Source: Eledone cirrhosa
Taxonomy: Eukaryota
Length of the DNA: 64,000 bases
Reading direction: 5' to 3'
Assembly (NCBI GenBank): GCA_964016885.1
Contig: OZ024741.1
Span: 207,080,001-207,144,000, forward strand
Below are positions 23,941 to 38,168 of this stretch, piece after piece. Every line of letters starts with the position of its first letter. The stretch's first letter is position 1. The notes beneath the pieces are model-generated. The model was given only the letters and a program-made list of their open reading frames with translations. It was not told where the DNA came from and did no database searches. Both the position numbers and the translations under genes were made by a program.

Positions 23941-26900
23941 GGTGTTCTTTGAGTCTCAGTCATTGATGTTAGTTAACTGGAATGTTTGTTGTAATGAATA
24001 TCCAGCCACTACCTGCAGCCTCAGATATTCAGGACGTATCGGAGGGTTCTTGCTGTTCCCAGCAAGCATGCCTTTTGAAGCGTTCCAAAAAGCGTGAAGG
24101 GGCCAATTTTCTTTAACCATCCCTGGAAACTTTTTGAGATAGTCCCTAGTGCGCCTATGACAATCGGGATCACTTTGACTTCATGGCACTTCCAAATCCT
24201 TTTTAACTCCCACTTTAAGTCCTGGTATCGGTTAATTGTCTCCCTCTCCTTCTCTTGCACTCTCGTGTCGAATGGGCAGGCCACATCCACAATCAGGCAC
24301 GATCTTTTTTCTTTGTCCAAAACCACCAGGTCAGGTCTATTGTGTTCCAGTTTCTTGTCCGTCTGTATCTTAAAATCCCACAGCACCTTCACCTGATCGT
24401 TTTCTATCACCGCCTCTGGCTTATGCTCATACCACTTCTCAGAATGTGGTAAATTGTTTACTTTGCATAGGTGCCAGTGGATCACCCTGCCCATCACATC
24501 ATGTCTCCAGCCCTTATAGTGAGTCTGGGCTAGGTGTTTACACTCGGATACAATGTGAGCCACAGTCTCCTCTCTCTCTCTCCACAGATCCTGCACAGTG
24601 GGATAGCCTCCTCCTTGTAAATGTGGTGTTTCAACCACTTCGTTTTGAGGGCCTGCTCCTGCGCAGCCATTAACATTCCTTCTGTAGCCTTTTTAAGGTC
24701 TCCTCTTTTCAACCAGTTCCATGTCTGTGGATCTCTAAATTCAGTTTTCTCAAAGAAGGTACTATGAAGGGATTTTTCCTGAAAGCTGCTCTTTCTCCTT
24801 GATGTTATTTCCTCCTTGGACATCCCCTGGCCTATTGTCCCCTCCTTCAGTACAGTTCTGAGCATTGGATCCTTACTATCAGTCACGTATTTGTGTAGGT
24901 TGTTTTTCTCCATCTGAACACAGTCCTCTATGCTGATAAGACCTCTTCCACCTTCATATCTCCTTAAGTAGAGTCTATCGACATCACTCCTCTTGTGGAA
25001 CATATTGTAGATAGTCAATAGCTTCCTCGTCTTCCTATCCATTTCTTTTTGTTCAGCAACATTCCATCTCAGAATTCCCGCACTGTACCTAATAATAGAC
25101 ACAGCTCGGGAATTTACTGCACTTATGGCATTTCTGCTGTTCAGATGTGACTTTAATACGCTCCTTACTCTCCGAAGGTATTCAGTTCTTATCAATTCCT
25201 TCATTTTTTTGTTCTTGATGTCATCAGCCTCCAGAACGCCCAAATACTTGTATCCTTCCTCAGAGTCAATTTCCTTTATCATCTCACCTGTTGGTATCTG
25301 GATTCCGTTACTTCTGCTCAACTTACCAATCCTCATCACAATGACTCCAGACTTACTAATACCAAATTGTATACATATATCATTGCTGAAAATACGGACA
25401 GTGTCAACAAGCACATCCAACTCCTTCTCACTCTTCCCGAAGAGCTTAAGATCGTCCATGAAGAGGAGGTGATTGGTGGTAAGCCCTCCCTTTCCCAACC
25501 TGTATCCTGCTCTCACTTTTCGCAGTACACTGGTCAGGGGCATCAGGGCAAGGACAAACAACAGAGGGGACAGACTATCTCCCTGGAAGATACCTCTCTT
25601 GTTCTTCACGCTTCCCAAGGATTCTCCAGTTGATGTTAACTCTGTTTCCCAGGACTTCATACTTTTGCCCAACAACTGTCTGATGTTATCTGCCACCTTG
25701 AAGATCTCCAGGCTTTTGGTGATCCAACAATGAGGCACCATGTCAAATGCCTTTTTGTAGTCTATCCATCCCATGGCAAGACCAGTGTGTCTCCTCTTGC
25801 AATTCCTCATTACCATCTTATCAATAAGTAACTGGTCCTTTGTACCACGTGACTTCTTTCGGCATCCTTTCTGTTCGTCCGGTAACAAGTTGTTTGTGTG
25901 GAGGTGATGGTAGATTTCCTCAGACATAATGCTTGTCAACAGTTTCCACATTACGGATAAACATGTGATAGGTCTATAGTTGGTAACATCATTACCCTTG
26001 ATTCGGTCTTTCATTATCAGAACTGTGGTACCTTTTGTCAACCACTCTGGTACCTCACCATGACATCAAGTAGTCATTGAACATGGTTGTCAGTTTCGGG
26101 TGGAGGGATGTTATGTTTTTAATCCAATACCCCTTTGCTACAATGCGTTGCTTCAGTTCCTCTATGATAATATTTAGCTTTTTCCTCCTAGTTTTGTACT
26201 TTATTTCCAGTCTATTTTTAGTGTCTATGTTTTTTAGTGTCCCATTCAAGCTTTCCAATGTCATTTCTCATTTCCCTGATTTGACCACTCAGTCGTTTCT
26301 TCCACCAAGGCTCTGCTCTTTCTTGTCTGTTGTTTCCTCTCGCTTTTATACCAAGTAGTTTCCTCACCGTATTTGCTGTTGCTTTGAGGATATTGTTGCA
26401 CTGGTGAAGGCTCCTCGCCTCAAGGTATGGGATGACTTTGTTTACCTTAGCTGTTGTTTCTTTTAACTTTTTCCTGTCTACAAATCTTAGGTTCATAGGT
26501 TTCCCACTATCATTGTTCAATTCATCTACCACTAAGTTTAGGATATCTACCAAATCTTGTCCTAGCCCGTCAGCATTCATCTCCTCAGTGGCCGTATCTC
26601 TGTTCCAGGTATTATTTATCTCAGCATTCAGATCATTGTCTGTTTCGGGTGGTTCCTCCGTTCTCTCGACCTCTTCACCTTCATCTCCCACTGGCTCGTT
26701 TGCCTGGCATACTCCACCCTCCATCTCCAAGCTAATCTCTCTGCTCAATTCCTCCAGTTCCAGCTTGCTTATCCACCCATTAGTTCTTATTACCCGAGCC
26801 TGCCCGGCCAGTTTTTGTTCATCTAATTTAAATGGACCAATCTCGTTCCAGATGTTATGCATCCTTTTCCTATAGCCTTTCTCCTTGGGGTTACTCTTCA

Positions 26901-27230
26901 GGTAACATTGCATAACAGTTCTATTCAATTCTTTCGTCCAGTTGGTTCTGGTCCCTTTCCTTCTTCTTCTTCCTCCGACACCAGCAGTATTTGGTTGACA
27001 GCCAGGTCCCTGCTGCTGAGCCAGGGAGCACCTTTTGGGTGAGAGTCTGTCACATGACATTCTAGTCTCCATTTCACCGTTATTCGAACTGTTTAGGTTC
27101 GACATTTAAACACTCTTATCGAGGATTGGCGAATGTATGGTTACATAACCACCGGTGAATTACTTGTCTCCGGTGGTTTCGTCACTCCACGTGACTTTTG
27201 TGTGGCATTATCACGCTGTAGACGAACCCA
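23941..27230 (-). mobile_element. Dong/R4-clade LINE (RT plus restriction-like endonuclease), disrupted, with internal deletion
   Basis: [51 protein letters not shown]. (TAA)n tail. QRIVAK is joined directly to GYWIK, skipping a segment present in the second Dong copy. Confidence 0.88.
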
Positions 27231-27409
27231 AATAAACAAACAAACAAACAGGCAGAAAAAAACCCAAAAATGAATAAGCATAAGTTTCATTGTAATGTAG
27301 TGTTTGCATGTCTGACTTAGTTTTTCCTTTCCTTTCTCTGTCCGTCCGTTTGTTTTTCTCTTCATTTTTGTTTCTTAACGTTTTTCGTTGTTGCTGTGCT
27401 GCTTTGATT

Positions 27410-28291
27410 TTTATTTATTTTTTTTTTTATTTTGACCGGGTCATCAATTCAGTCTATTTATATATTTTGATGCCTTCCTCTTTTAGTGAGAATTCTACAA
27501 TATAGCAGGGGCTAGCGGGAGAGAATAGTGGCGGTAGTGACAATGAGGTAGCGGCGCGGCGGCGATGGCGGTGCTGTGCCAGCAGCAACCAGCAGGAGGT
27601 AGTGGGAGAGAATAGCGGCGGTAACGATAATGAGGCAGCAGCGGTGGCGATGTGGTCGTATTACTGTAGCGATGGAGTTGAAGATGGAGTAGAAATTTGA
27701 GTCGACTTGACCAGAGTTTTCATCGTGGCAGTGGTGGTGGCACTGGTGGTGAAATTATCTTTACTGAAATTATCATTAGTCGCGTATATGTGTTGACATA
27801 TTTTTCTTAATATTGGAATTAAACATTTTGTTAAAACTAAAACTTGATTTTTATTTTTGTTTTTTTATTATTTTGACCGGGTCATCAATTCAGTCTATTT
27901 ATATATTTTGATGTTTTCCTCTTTTAGTGAGAATTCTACAATGTAGCAGGGGGTAGCGGGAGATAATAGCGGTGGTAGTGATATTGAGGCAGCGGCGGCG
28001 GTGGTGGTGGCGGTGCAGTGCCAGCAGCAACTAGCAGGAGGTATTGGGAGAGAGTAGCGGCGGTAGCCATAATGAGGCAGTAGTGGTGGTGATGATGTGG
28101 TCGTATTACTGTAGTGATGGTGTTGAAGTTGGAGTAGAAATTTGAGTCGACTTGATCAGAGTTTTCATCGTGGTAGTGGTGGTGGTATTGGTGGTGAAAT
28201 TATCTTTAGTGAAATTATCATTAGTCGCGTATATGTGTTGACATATTTTTCTTAATATTGGAATTAAACATTTTGTTAAAACTAAAACTTG
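27410..28291. repeat. Tandem duplication of a ~440-bp unit rich in GCG/GGT/CAG triplets
   Basis: ttttgaccgggtcatcaattc...aaactaaaacttga occurs twice. Confidence 0.85.
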
Positions 28292-28736
28292 AGGCAATAG
28301 TAATAGTAATTATTATTATTATGCTGAGATTGGTGGTGGTGGTGGTGGTGAAATTGCCGTTATCTGGCTGTTGTGTTTAGTCTACACAGAGGGGTGATGG
28401 GGTAGGTGGTGTATCTAGTTTCTGATGTTGGGGAAATTGCTGTTATTTGGCTGTTCTATATAGTGTAGACAGGGGGTTTTCTTCAATTTATAACCATTTT
28501 CGTTTTTGAATATAAAATGTATAATACAAAATTGAATATTTGAGCGATATATCAATATATTGTGGATCCGAATTTTTGGGGACTCAAGCCGGATGTTTTA
28601 TGCAACATTTGTACTAAGAATTGTTATTTCACAATTGATTTAAATATGTTTAAAAATCAAAGCTTACGGGAGCGATTTCTCGACCTTCTATCCACCATGT
28701 GTGTCTTCTTCACTTATTATTATTATTATTATTATT

Positions 28737-31700
28737 TGCATTTATCTTGCTTTATGTTCATACGAGTTATCACCAAGTCACAACCAGTGACCTCAAGAGA
28801 CAACAAGGTCCGCCATGTTCAAGAAAGAACATACATATTCACACATGCATCCTTAGTGTTTAGACTTGTGATGTACTTATATTGACAGGATCTTCCTTAG
28901 TATATGGGCAGTTCCCATTAGTACTATCTTTTGTATTTCTCCTATACGCGGGTTTCCTGGGATTTGCGATAATTAGTCGTTAGACCCCTTAGGTATCATT
29001 CCCAGAGCGCCTACAACCACTGGTATTGTTTTAGTTCTCAATTTCCACATTTTTCCAATTTCTATCTCCAGGTCCTTATACTTGCTCAATTTTTCAAATG
29101 TTTTTATAGATACATTCTTGTCTATTGGAACAGACATATCAATTAGCAGGCATACCCTCCTTTGAAAGTCCTTCAATATTATATCAGGTCTATTTGCATC
29201 TATTTTTCGGTCTGTTTGGATGCTAAAGTTCCACAAGATTGAGATGTGATCTTTTTCAAGTATGGGAGGTGGTTGATGCTCCCACCAATTCTTTTGATGG
29301 GGCAGGTCAAAATGCTTACACATTATCCAATGTATGTATTGTGCAGCTCTGTCATGCCTGTTTAGGTATTCGGTTGGAGCTATAGGACTGCACATTGAAA
29401 TTATATGGTCAATGGTCTCTGGTTGTTTTTTGCATACACGGCATAATGGGCTGCACCCATTTTTTATTATGTTGGCTTGGTAATTTTTTGTTGGCAGACA
29501 CTGATCTTGTGCCGATATAATCAGTCCTTCAGTCTCCGATTTCAGTCCAGAGGATGCCAACCACTGATGGGTTAAAGTTTTGTCAACATCAGGATTGTTA
29601 GCTCGCTCTGGGTATTTTCCATACAGAGGCTTTTCTTGCCATTTCTTAGCCAGTTTCTGTAGCAGTTCTTTCTTTGCAGTTACTTTTACCTGCTTTGCTT
29701 TTTCTGTGTTTTCCATTTCAGCAGTAAATGGGACTTCTGAAATTTGTAGTCCATTACTGTATCTTTGGGCATCTTTTGTAATGGAATATAATCTTTTGGT
29801 GCTTTCGTGTTTCAAAACGAGTTTGATCATCCAATCATGTGATTCCCTGAGATATGTGGATAATCCAATTGGTGCAGTTTTCAACGCAATGTCTAACTGG
29901 ATTAACCCACGTCCTCCTTCTTTCCTAGGGAGATATATTCTATCTATGTCTGCCTTAGGGTGATGCATTCTGTGCATGGTTAAGAATTTTCGGATTTTTG
30001 TATCGAGCCTACGGATCTCTGTGCTTGACCAGTTGATGACATTGTAACTGTAGGTTACTACTGGTATGGCAAGCGTGTTTATGGCATCGATCCTATTCCT
30101 TGCATTCAATTCCGTTCTTAAGATTGCTCTGACTCTGCGGTAACATTCCTTCCTTATCCTTTCCCTCATTGTCGAGTGCTTGATTCCGTCTCCTTCACAA
30201 ACACCTAGATATTTGTAAGTTTTTTCTTGATCAAGCTCTCTTATCACGTTCCCCCGATCAAGTTTAATGTCTGAACTCTTCAGCAGCTTTCCTCTGGTGA
30301 ACGTTGCTTTGGCGCATTTATCCAGTCCAAACTCCATTTTAATGTCATCACTGAACTGCTTCACAGTGGATAATAGCCCTTGCAATTGTTCATCATTTTT
30401 TGCAAATAGTTTCAGGTCATCCATGTAGAACAGGTGATTAATGGTTTTGTCATAGATTCTATATCCATGTTTTGTTTCATTGAGCATTTTACTTAATGGT
30501 ATAAGTGCGATGCAGAATAAAAGCGGTGATAAAGAGTCACCCTGAAAAATTCCACAATTAATGTTAACTTCTCCAGCTTCCAGTGATTTTGTTTCACTAT
30601 TCAAAAGGAGTGTCGTTCTCCATGTCCTCATACTGAACGACAAAAACCTCCTGACAACGGGGGATATTTTGAAAATCTCTAAACATTTTTCAATCCAACT
30701 GTGTGGCAAACTATCGAATGCTTTTTTATAATCTATCCAAGCAATCGATAGATTTTTGTGTCTATTATGACAATCTTCCAGTATCATTTTGTTAACCAGA
30801 AGCTGATCTTTACAGCCATATGAGCCTCGTTTACACCCTTTCTGCTCAATGGGAAATAGGTCATTTGTTATCAGGTGGTCATATGTGCATTCAGTTAGGA
30901 CTGATGTTAAAATTTTATACATTGTGGTCAAGCAGGTTATCGGTCTGTAATTTTTGGGATTGTTTGTCTCATCATTCTTCGGTAGCAGGAATGTAATGCC
31001 GTTAACTAGCCATGATGGTATCTTTTCTGGCTCCTTAACTATTTCATTGTAAAGTTGGACTAACAGCTCATGAGACTCTGTGAAGGCATTTATCCAAAAG
31101 TTTTGTATTTTGTCTTTTCCTGGGGATTTCCATTTGCTGGTTTTTCTTAGAGCCAAGCGCAGCTGTTCAACTGTTATATTTTCCCATGTTTGTTCTTCAA
31201 GGTGAGCTGTTTCTTTCATTTGTCTGTCTATCCATGGGGCATGTATGTTATGAACTTTTTCTTCGGCCCAGATCTTTTCCCAGAATTCTTGCACTTCCTC
31301 CTTGGGTGGTATTGATTTAGCAGTTATTGTTGACTTACCAATTTTTCTGTAGAAGTTTCTTTGGTTGTTTTTGAACATATTATTGTCCTTATAGAATCTA
31401 GATCGTTTTTCAAAGCGCCTTATACGAGCAGCTTTGGCCGACACTTTTTGCTTGATTGTTTCTATCAGCATGTCTATGTCACATGTTGATCTTATACTGT
31501 ACTTTTTTTTCAATTTTCTAAGTTTAGTTTGTTTAACATGTTCACCTACTTTATAGTTTGTTAAAATTTCTATGTCAGATCGGAGAAGGTTTATTTGGCG
31601 ATTGATGTTATCTTGCCAAGTAGATTTCTTTTGGGAATTCCTTTGTTTTTTCATCTTCACTCCACATAAGTGAGTGGTGACTTTAGCCGATGCATAATAG

Positions 31701-32150
31701 AGATGATTTAAGTCAGTAATGTTTAGTTTGTTTGTGATGATAATGTTTTTGAGAATTATGTTAGTCTTGTGTATTATCTTTTGGTTCTGTTTGGAGTTCT
31801 GGATCTTAGGGAGGGTGTCTCGTTGCCCCATGTCAGATTCTTTCATTTTCATCCATTCGATCATAATTTCATCCTTCAAGTTGGCAAGTTCATTCTCATT
31901 CATTTCTTTATCATTTACGATCTCATTATTTTCATTTGGAGTTTCATCCTGAGCATGCACTCCCTCCACTTTTTCGCTCCTTTCTTTAATTTGTTCTGTT
32001 GCCAGTGATTCCGCCCCAACCCTGGGATTCGAAGTGTTACAGTTTACCTCGTTTTCACTGACACATGCTTCATTTTCCCTTCGCTGACTTTGTGCTACTA
32101 GCTTGATCTGATCAATTTCTATATCAGTTAGTAACTTTTTTCTTACAATA
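28737..32150 (-). mobile_element. 5'-truncated Dong/R4-clade LINE flanked by (TAA)n on both sides
   Basis: One open frame of >1000 aa with RT (QGDSLSP, YMDD), CRVC..HIISMC and RLE (RHD, RPDII..IDMSVP). A single premature TAA at 28973; the frame continues LSQIPGNP...HILRKILSI* to 28877. Confidence 0.92.
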
Positions 32151-32301
<151 letters not shown>

Positions 32302-32580
32302 TCACCAGCAGCACTAATAATTTAGTAGAAGTAGTAGCAGTAGTGTTGATTTAACCAATAACTGTGGTTTTGAATGTTGTTGCTGTTCTTGTTTCGGGTG
32401 TAATGTTACTGTTATTTCTGTTCATTTTGTTTCTGTAGTTTTGTTCCAGGGCAACTCTGAACAAACAGACATATGGTCAAGTTACTACAAACATCCAGGC
32501 GTTTGTACAAATACACTGTATCAAGGGCTAAGTTATCGAATATGGCGTTTTGAAATAAACATGGGGTGTAATATATCATA

Positions 32581-35500
32581 TGTATTTAGGAGATTAGTAT
32601 CGGTGTACATATATGTATTATCAGAAATGACAATAAATGCCGGTGTGTGTTGTGACAAGGTTTTGCTTCACAGAAGTCAAATGAATTAATATAAATAAAT
32701 GGTTACCCGTTGATCACAACTTCTAGGCTGAAGTGTGTGGAGAAGAACAGAGATCTTCTCTTGGAGGTGTTAACATTTTCTTAGGCTGCCGGTGGCATTC
32801 TTCTTGTGTGGCGAAGGAAATGAGGCAGGAATTCTTCTTCTTGATGGCGAAGGAAATGAAACAGGAGTCATCTCATGACAAGGTCGCAGATGTTGTTAAC
32901 ACTTTGGAATTCAGGAGGCGAGAGAGGCTGGTAGCTTAGCAGCCCCTAGATTTATAGTGCCCAGGGGGACGCAACACCGTTTAGTACCAATGGGGGTCGC
33001 GCCTGTCGCAAAGGGACGTAACTCCTATTCCTGCTGAGTTAAGACCGTCGTAAATGGGCGCAACTCCCACACGTGTTGAGTCACAGCCGTAAGTGTGTGC
33101 TACGCTACAGTACCCTCCTCCAGACGCTAGGCGAAAAGCGCGAAGGTAACTGTAGCAAACCCACAAGCATGGGCTCCCAGCACAGGCATGAAATGGTAAT
33201 GAGAGGTACATAGTAATACAATAAAGAAATAAATAAAAAGAACAACAACAAAAAATAATAAGGCTCCAGTGGCCAGTTCACATGAAAACAGTTTGGCAGA
33301 ACTTTTTGGGCCAGTGGACTCTTCGACCGGAACGGGTCGTGGTTTTGTATGTAGGTGAAGGTGGGGAAGAAGGAGCAGGTGTATGCACAAGAGAGAAAGA
33401 TTGGCGTATTTGTGGCTCGGGTGTATGAGCGTCATTGTGTGCCCTTTTTAGTCTATCCACCGAAATTGTCTCTCTGGACCCCTTAACGTCTACAGTGAAA
33501 TGTTTGTCAGTACGTGCTAACACACGGTAGGGTCCAGAGTATGGTTGTGTGAGGCGTGGTCTCACAGCATCGTTCCTTACGAACACATGGGTCCACGAGG
33601 CAATATCCATCGGGACCGCAGGTTTTACAGTTTGTTTCCTCGTATCCATCGGCGGCAGGTCCTGAAAATAAGAACGCAGACGAGATACGTAGGAAAGCGG
33701 TTGTTGGAAAGCAAGATCAACAGGGGCAAGCATTTGCCCAGGCAACGCTAGAGGAGCACCGTAAAGTAATTCGGCCGGGGAGAACCTAAGGTCTTCCTTT
33801 ATTGATGACCGAATTCCTAACAACACAATAGGAAGGTACTCGCTCCAACGTTGTGAGTCTGGATAGGCGCGAAGAGCGGCCTTTAATTGGCGGTGGAATC
33901 GTTCCACCATTCCCTTTGAAGCAGGATGATAGGTTGTGGTCCGAATCCGTTGAACTCCAATTATCTTTGTGAGCTCAGAGAAGAGATGGGACTCGAATTG
34001 TCTACCACGGTCTGTGGTGACTGTAATTGGTACTCCAAAGCGGGTAATCCACCCTGATACCAGGGCACGTGCTACAGTCTCAGCAGTCATATCTTGTAAG
34101 GGGATGGCTTCAGGCCATCGCGAAAAGGTCAATATGTATGAATTTCCACTGCTGAATGGCCAAGGTCCAACGAGGTCAATGTGTATGTGCTGAAACCGAG
34201 CATCAGGAGTACTGAAAGTACCAAGCGGAGTCCGGATGTGTTTATGGATTTTCGATTTCTTGCAAGCGATGCAGGAACGGCACCAAGCAGCAATGTGGCG
34301 CCTCATATTTGGCCAGAAGAATCTGGCTGTTATGAGCTTTACTGATGCAGCAGATCCTGGGTGAGAAATGTTGTGCAAAGCGAGGAACACAATTCGACGG
34401 TGAATCTCAGGAACAAGTGGCGTGGTGAATACGTAGATACATCACATAGAATTTGCCTGTCGGTGGTGGATAAGGGCAGATATTTGAAAATGCAATTCGC
34501 AAATTCAGCAGAAAGAGTGTCCAACGATTGGAGTGCAGGTTGGTCTGCAGCTAAACGACCTAAGTCGATCTCCTGGGATGACGAGATGGAGCTGATTGGC
34601 AAACGTGACAATGCGTCTGCAGCTATGTTATGTGAGCCAGCAATGTGCTGGATATCGTTTGTAAATTGTGAAACGTAGTCCAGGTGGCTTGTCTCTCTGG
34701 GCGAATATCTGTCGGCTTTAGCCCTCAAAGCGAAGGTCAACGGTTTGTGGTCGGTAAAAGCTGTAAAATTTCTCCCCTCAAGAATATGAGAGAAATGTTT
34801 CACCGACAGATATATGGCTAATAATTCCCGCCCAAATGTGCTGTAACGCGTTTCTGCTGGTTTCAGCTTCCTCGAGAAAAATGCCAAAGGTTGTTGGTTT
34901 CCAGCGTAGAACTGCTGTAAAACTGCTCCCACAGCGGTATCAGATGCATCAAAGGCTAGCAAAGATGAACTAGCGAGTGCTTTGAAAAAAATCTTCTTAC
35001 GACGATTTTTCAAAATGTCAGTAAGGGAAGATAGATAGCAAATCAGCACAATGAGGAACGAAACGGCTATAGAAATTGATTAGGCCTAAGAAGTGACGCA
35101 ACTGGTGAAGTGTAGTAGGCGGAGGTAAATCCTGTATGGCTTGAACTCGCTGAGGGAGCGGCTTAATACCTTCGGCGTCGATGAGGTGGCCTAAAAATTT
35201 AGCGAAGTGGAACCGAAAACACACTTTGCTGGATTCACACGAACGCGGTAATCCTGAAGTCGCCGAAATAAGAGATGCATGTGGCGCATATGCTCTTCCG
35301 GAGAGGAACTAGCGACGAGAATATCGTCTATGTAAGCATAAACGAAGTCCAGACCACGAGTGACTTCGTCTATGAACCGCTGAAAAGTGCTAGCGGCCTT
35401 GCTGAGTACGAAAGGCATGGTCAAAATTTCGAAGGATCCGAAAGGGGTTGTAATCGCCGTTTTCGGAATATCCTCCTTCCTGACCGGAATTTGGTGGTAG

Positions 35501-36398
35501 GCTCGCACTAAATCTAGCTTTGAAAAAATCTTACACCCCTGCAGTGAAGATGCAAAATCCTGGAGATGGGGAATGGAATACCTATCCGGGACGGTCATGG
35601 CATTTAACCTCCTATAATCCCCAGTGGGTCTCCAGTCGCCGGAAGTCTTGGGTCCCATGTGTAACGGTGAAGCCCAAGGACTCGTAGATGGGCGAATAAT
35701 GCCCAGCTGCAGCATATGGTCGAACTCGGACCGTGCTGATTTTAATTTTCCGCCGGTAAGCGGCGTGGACGCGAAAACACTGGAGCACCGGTGGTGGAAA
35801 CGGAATGTTCAGTCGAGTGAGTTGGCGCAGTGATTCGAAAATTTCTATCGGTGAGCTCCGGGAAAGAACCCAGCAACGAATGGTAGGCGTCTCCAGCGGC
35901 AGCGATGAAGAATATGGGGCTGACTATTGGAGAATTGGCTATCCACCAGGCGTTGGCCACGGACGTCCACAGTCAAAGAGAAGTTGTGTAGGAAATCCGC
36001 TCCTAAGATGGGGTATGGCAAATCGGCAACCGTAAAAATCTACTTAAAATCCCTACGAAGATTTAGGAATTTGAGAGGGAGCGAGATTTGCCCGTACGTC
36101 TTTATAGACGAGTGGTTAACTGCCTGCAGCGTAACAGATGACTCTAGGGGGGTATCTTTCAGGCGATGGACCGGCCAAATACTACAGGAGGCTAATGTAT
36201 CCACGAGGAAACTTCTTCCCGACATTAGGTCCTTAATGAAAAAATGGCGGTTTTGTGGCTTTATGTTGAGCTCAACTGTCTCCATCAGCGGACCTCTTAT
36301 GCGTTTCCCGCCTTATGAAACGAGCAAGGTTGCACGCAGTGGTTCGCGCTCTCAGCAAATCGCTCGTGGTACCAGCTGTAAGTGTGTGCTACGCTACA
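32581..36398 (-). mobile_element. Decayed Ty3/Gypsy LTR retrotransposon
   Basis: Domain order PR (FLVDTLAS), RT (YIDD), RNase H (DASDTAVGAVL, TDHKPL), integrase (HIDLVGP, TDRGRQF, GMVERFH, GPY). PPT ggaggaggg precedes TGTAGCG at 33109, and the same LTR start occurs at 36398. The left boundary is uncertain and no TSD was found. Confidence 0.88.
33278..36375 (-). pseudogene. Gypsy gag C-terminus and pol, frameshifted
   Basis: ORFs 36040-36285, 35191-35715, 34339-35049 and 33278-34390. Gag end reads WYHERFAESANHCVQPC. Confidence 0.88.
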
Positions 36399-36962
36399 TG
36401 TATTTGACTACTATTCATAGCGGATCGAGTGACTAAGTAGAAGCTTCCCCGTTGACTCATTTATCGTTGTTATTGCATTTATTGTTATGCAAAGAAGGCG
36501 ATGAGGGTATAGCTGACCCTGCTGTTGTGATAATTATATTTACGGTGCTGATAATATTTTTATTATCGTTGATGTTGATGTAGTTGGTACTGGTAATGGT
36601 CTTGCATTGCCGTTGTTGTTGGTGCTGGTGTTGTCATTAATGTTGTTGACACCATCAATCAAAAACGAAATAAACAATGCTTTCAGATATTCCAAGATAG
36701 ATAGGTTCGAGAAATTCCAATAATGTTTTGTGTTTATCTTAGATTTGCTTCAAGCTGTGTTCTATGGCAAAGTATTGGGGAAAATAAACCAAGATATAGA
36801 AGACGTCATTGACAATCGATTCTATGGAATAGTGACGATATGCGTATGTTTAGTCTATTAGTCAGAAGAGAATATATGAGTGGGTATAAATACACATAAA
36901 ACACACACACAGACACATTCATACACATCATGCAAGTGTGTAAGTATGTGTGTGTGTATATA

Positions 36963-37002
<40 letters not shown>

Positions 37003-37015
37003 AAATATACATATG

Positions 37016-37135
<120 letters not shown>

Positions 37136-37198
37136 TACTTGGGGAGGGTCATATTATTGTAATAATATTCCCAGAAATAATAACAGAACACACTCACT

Positions 37199-37693
37199 GT
37201 TTGGTTGGTTTTCGCTTCTGTATCTTTTATATCTCTACAGTTAATTCATTTGGTTCTCAATGTTTATCATTGACTGACCAACGGTTCAAAATACAGATAT
37301 AATATAGATATAAACATATATATATAGTCTAACAAAGGTCTTTCGTTGCACATCTGCAACATCATCAGTGGTGCTATTATGTTCCTCCTGTTGTATTGTA
37401 TATCTACGCCATCTTTATTTTATATTTTATCTGCTTATTTTTTTATTTATTTATTGATATTTCTCTTAAGTCAGCAAAAATGGCGTAGACACACAATACA
37501 ACAGGAGGAACATAATAGCACCACTGATGATGTTGCAGATGTGCAACGAAAGACCTTTGTTAGACTATATATATATGTTTATATCTATATTATATCTGTA
37601 TTTTGAACCGTTGGTCAGTCAATGATAAACATTGATGACGAAATGAATTAACTGTAGAGATATAAAAGATACAGAAGCGAAAACCAACCAAAC
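37199..37693. repeat. Long inverted repeat (~210-bp arms) carrying hammerhead-like family C motifs
   Basis: Arms ~37199-37411 and ~37481-37693 around an AT-rich spacer. Confidence 0.9.
37518..37562 (+). ncRNA. Hammerhead-like motif, family C (probably decayed)
   Basis: cca-CTGATGA-t-gttgca-gatg-tgcaac-GAAA-gacctt. Stem II is strong; stems I and III are weak. Mirror copy at ~37330-37374 (-). Confidence 0.55.
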
Positions 37694-37951
37694 TACTTGC
37701 GAGTAGAAGAAAGAGGGAGGAGTGGAGGAACCCAGTCAAGCGTTGAAAGTGGCAACTACAGCAGAGTCTAAGGATAGTGTATAGAAGGTCGAAAAAAGTA
37801 TACTAGAGAAGGGGAGGGGGGAGTTGAAGCAATAAGTAAATCTAAATGGAGTAAATATATAGAAATATTAAAAATATTAAAAATATATTAAAAAAAACAT
37901 TTCTGGTTACTAGTCTCCTTCCACAATCATCAAATCTCTAACTGGTACTGC

Positions 37952-38068
37952 TAAGCTATAGAAAAGTTTAATAGGTGGGAAGGAATACTAAATACGAGAA
38001 GGAATACTAAATACTACAATCTCGTATTTAGTATTCCTTCCCACCTATTAAACTTTTCTATAGCTTAG
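37952..38068. repeat. Inverted repeat (~47-bp arms) at the 5' side of the family B element
   Basis: taagctatagaaaagtttaataggtgggaaggaatactaaatacgag and its reverse complement. Confidence 0.85.
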
Positions 38069-38168
38069 GCAAGTTCAGCTTCCACAAAATGCCATGATAG
38101 AATCATGTGTCCTAACAACAAACTTTTGACCAATCCTTGTGACAATCACTTTTACCATATATGGAATT

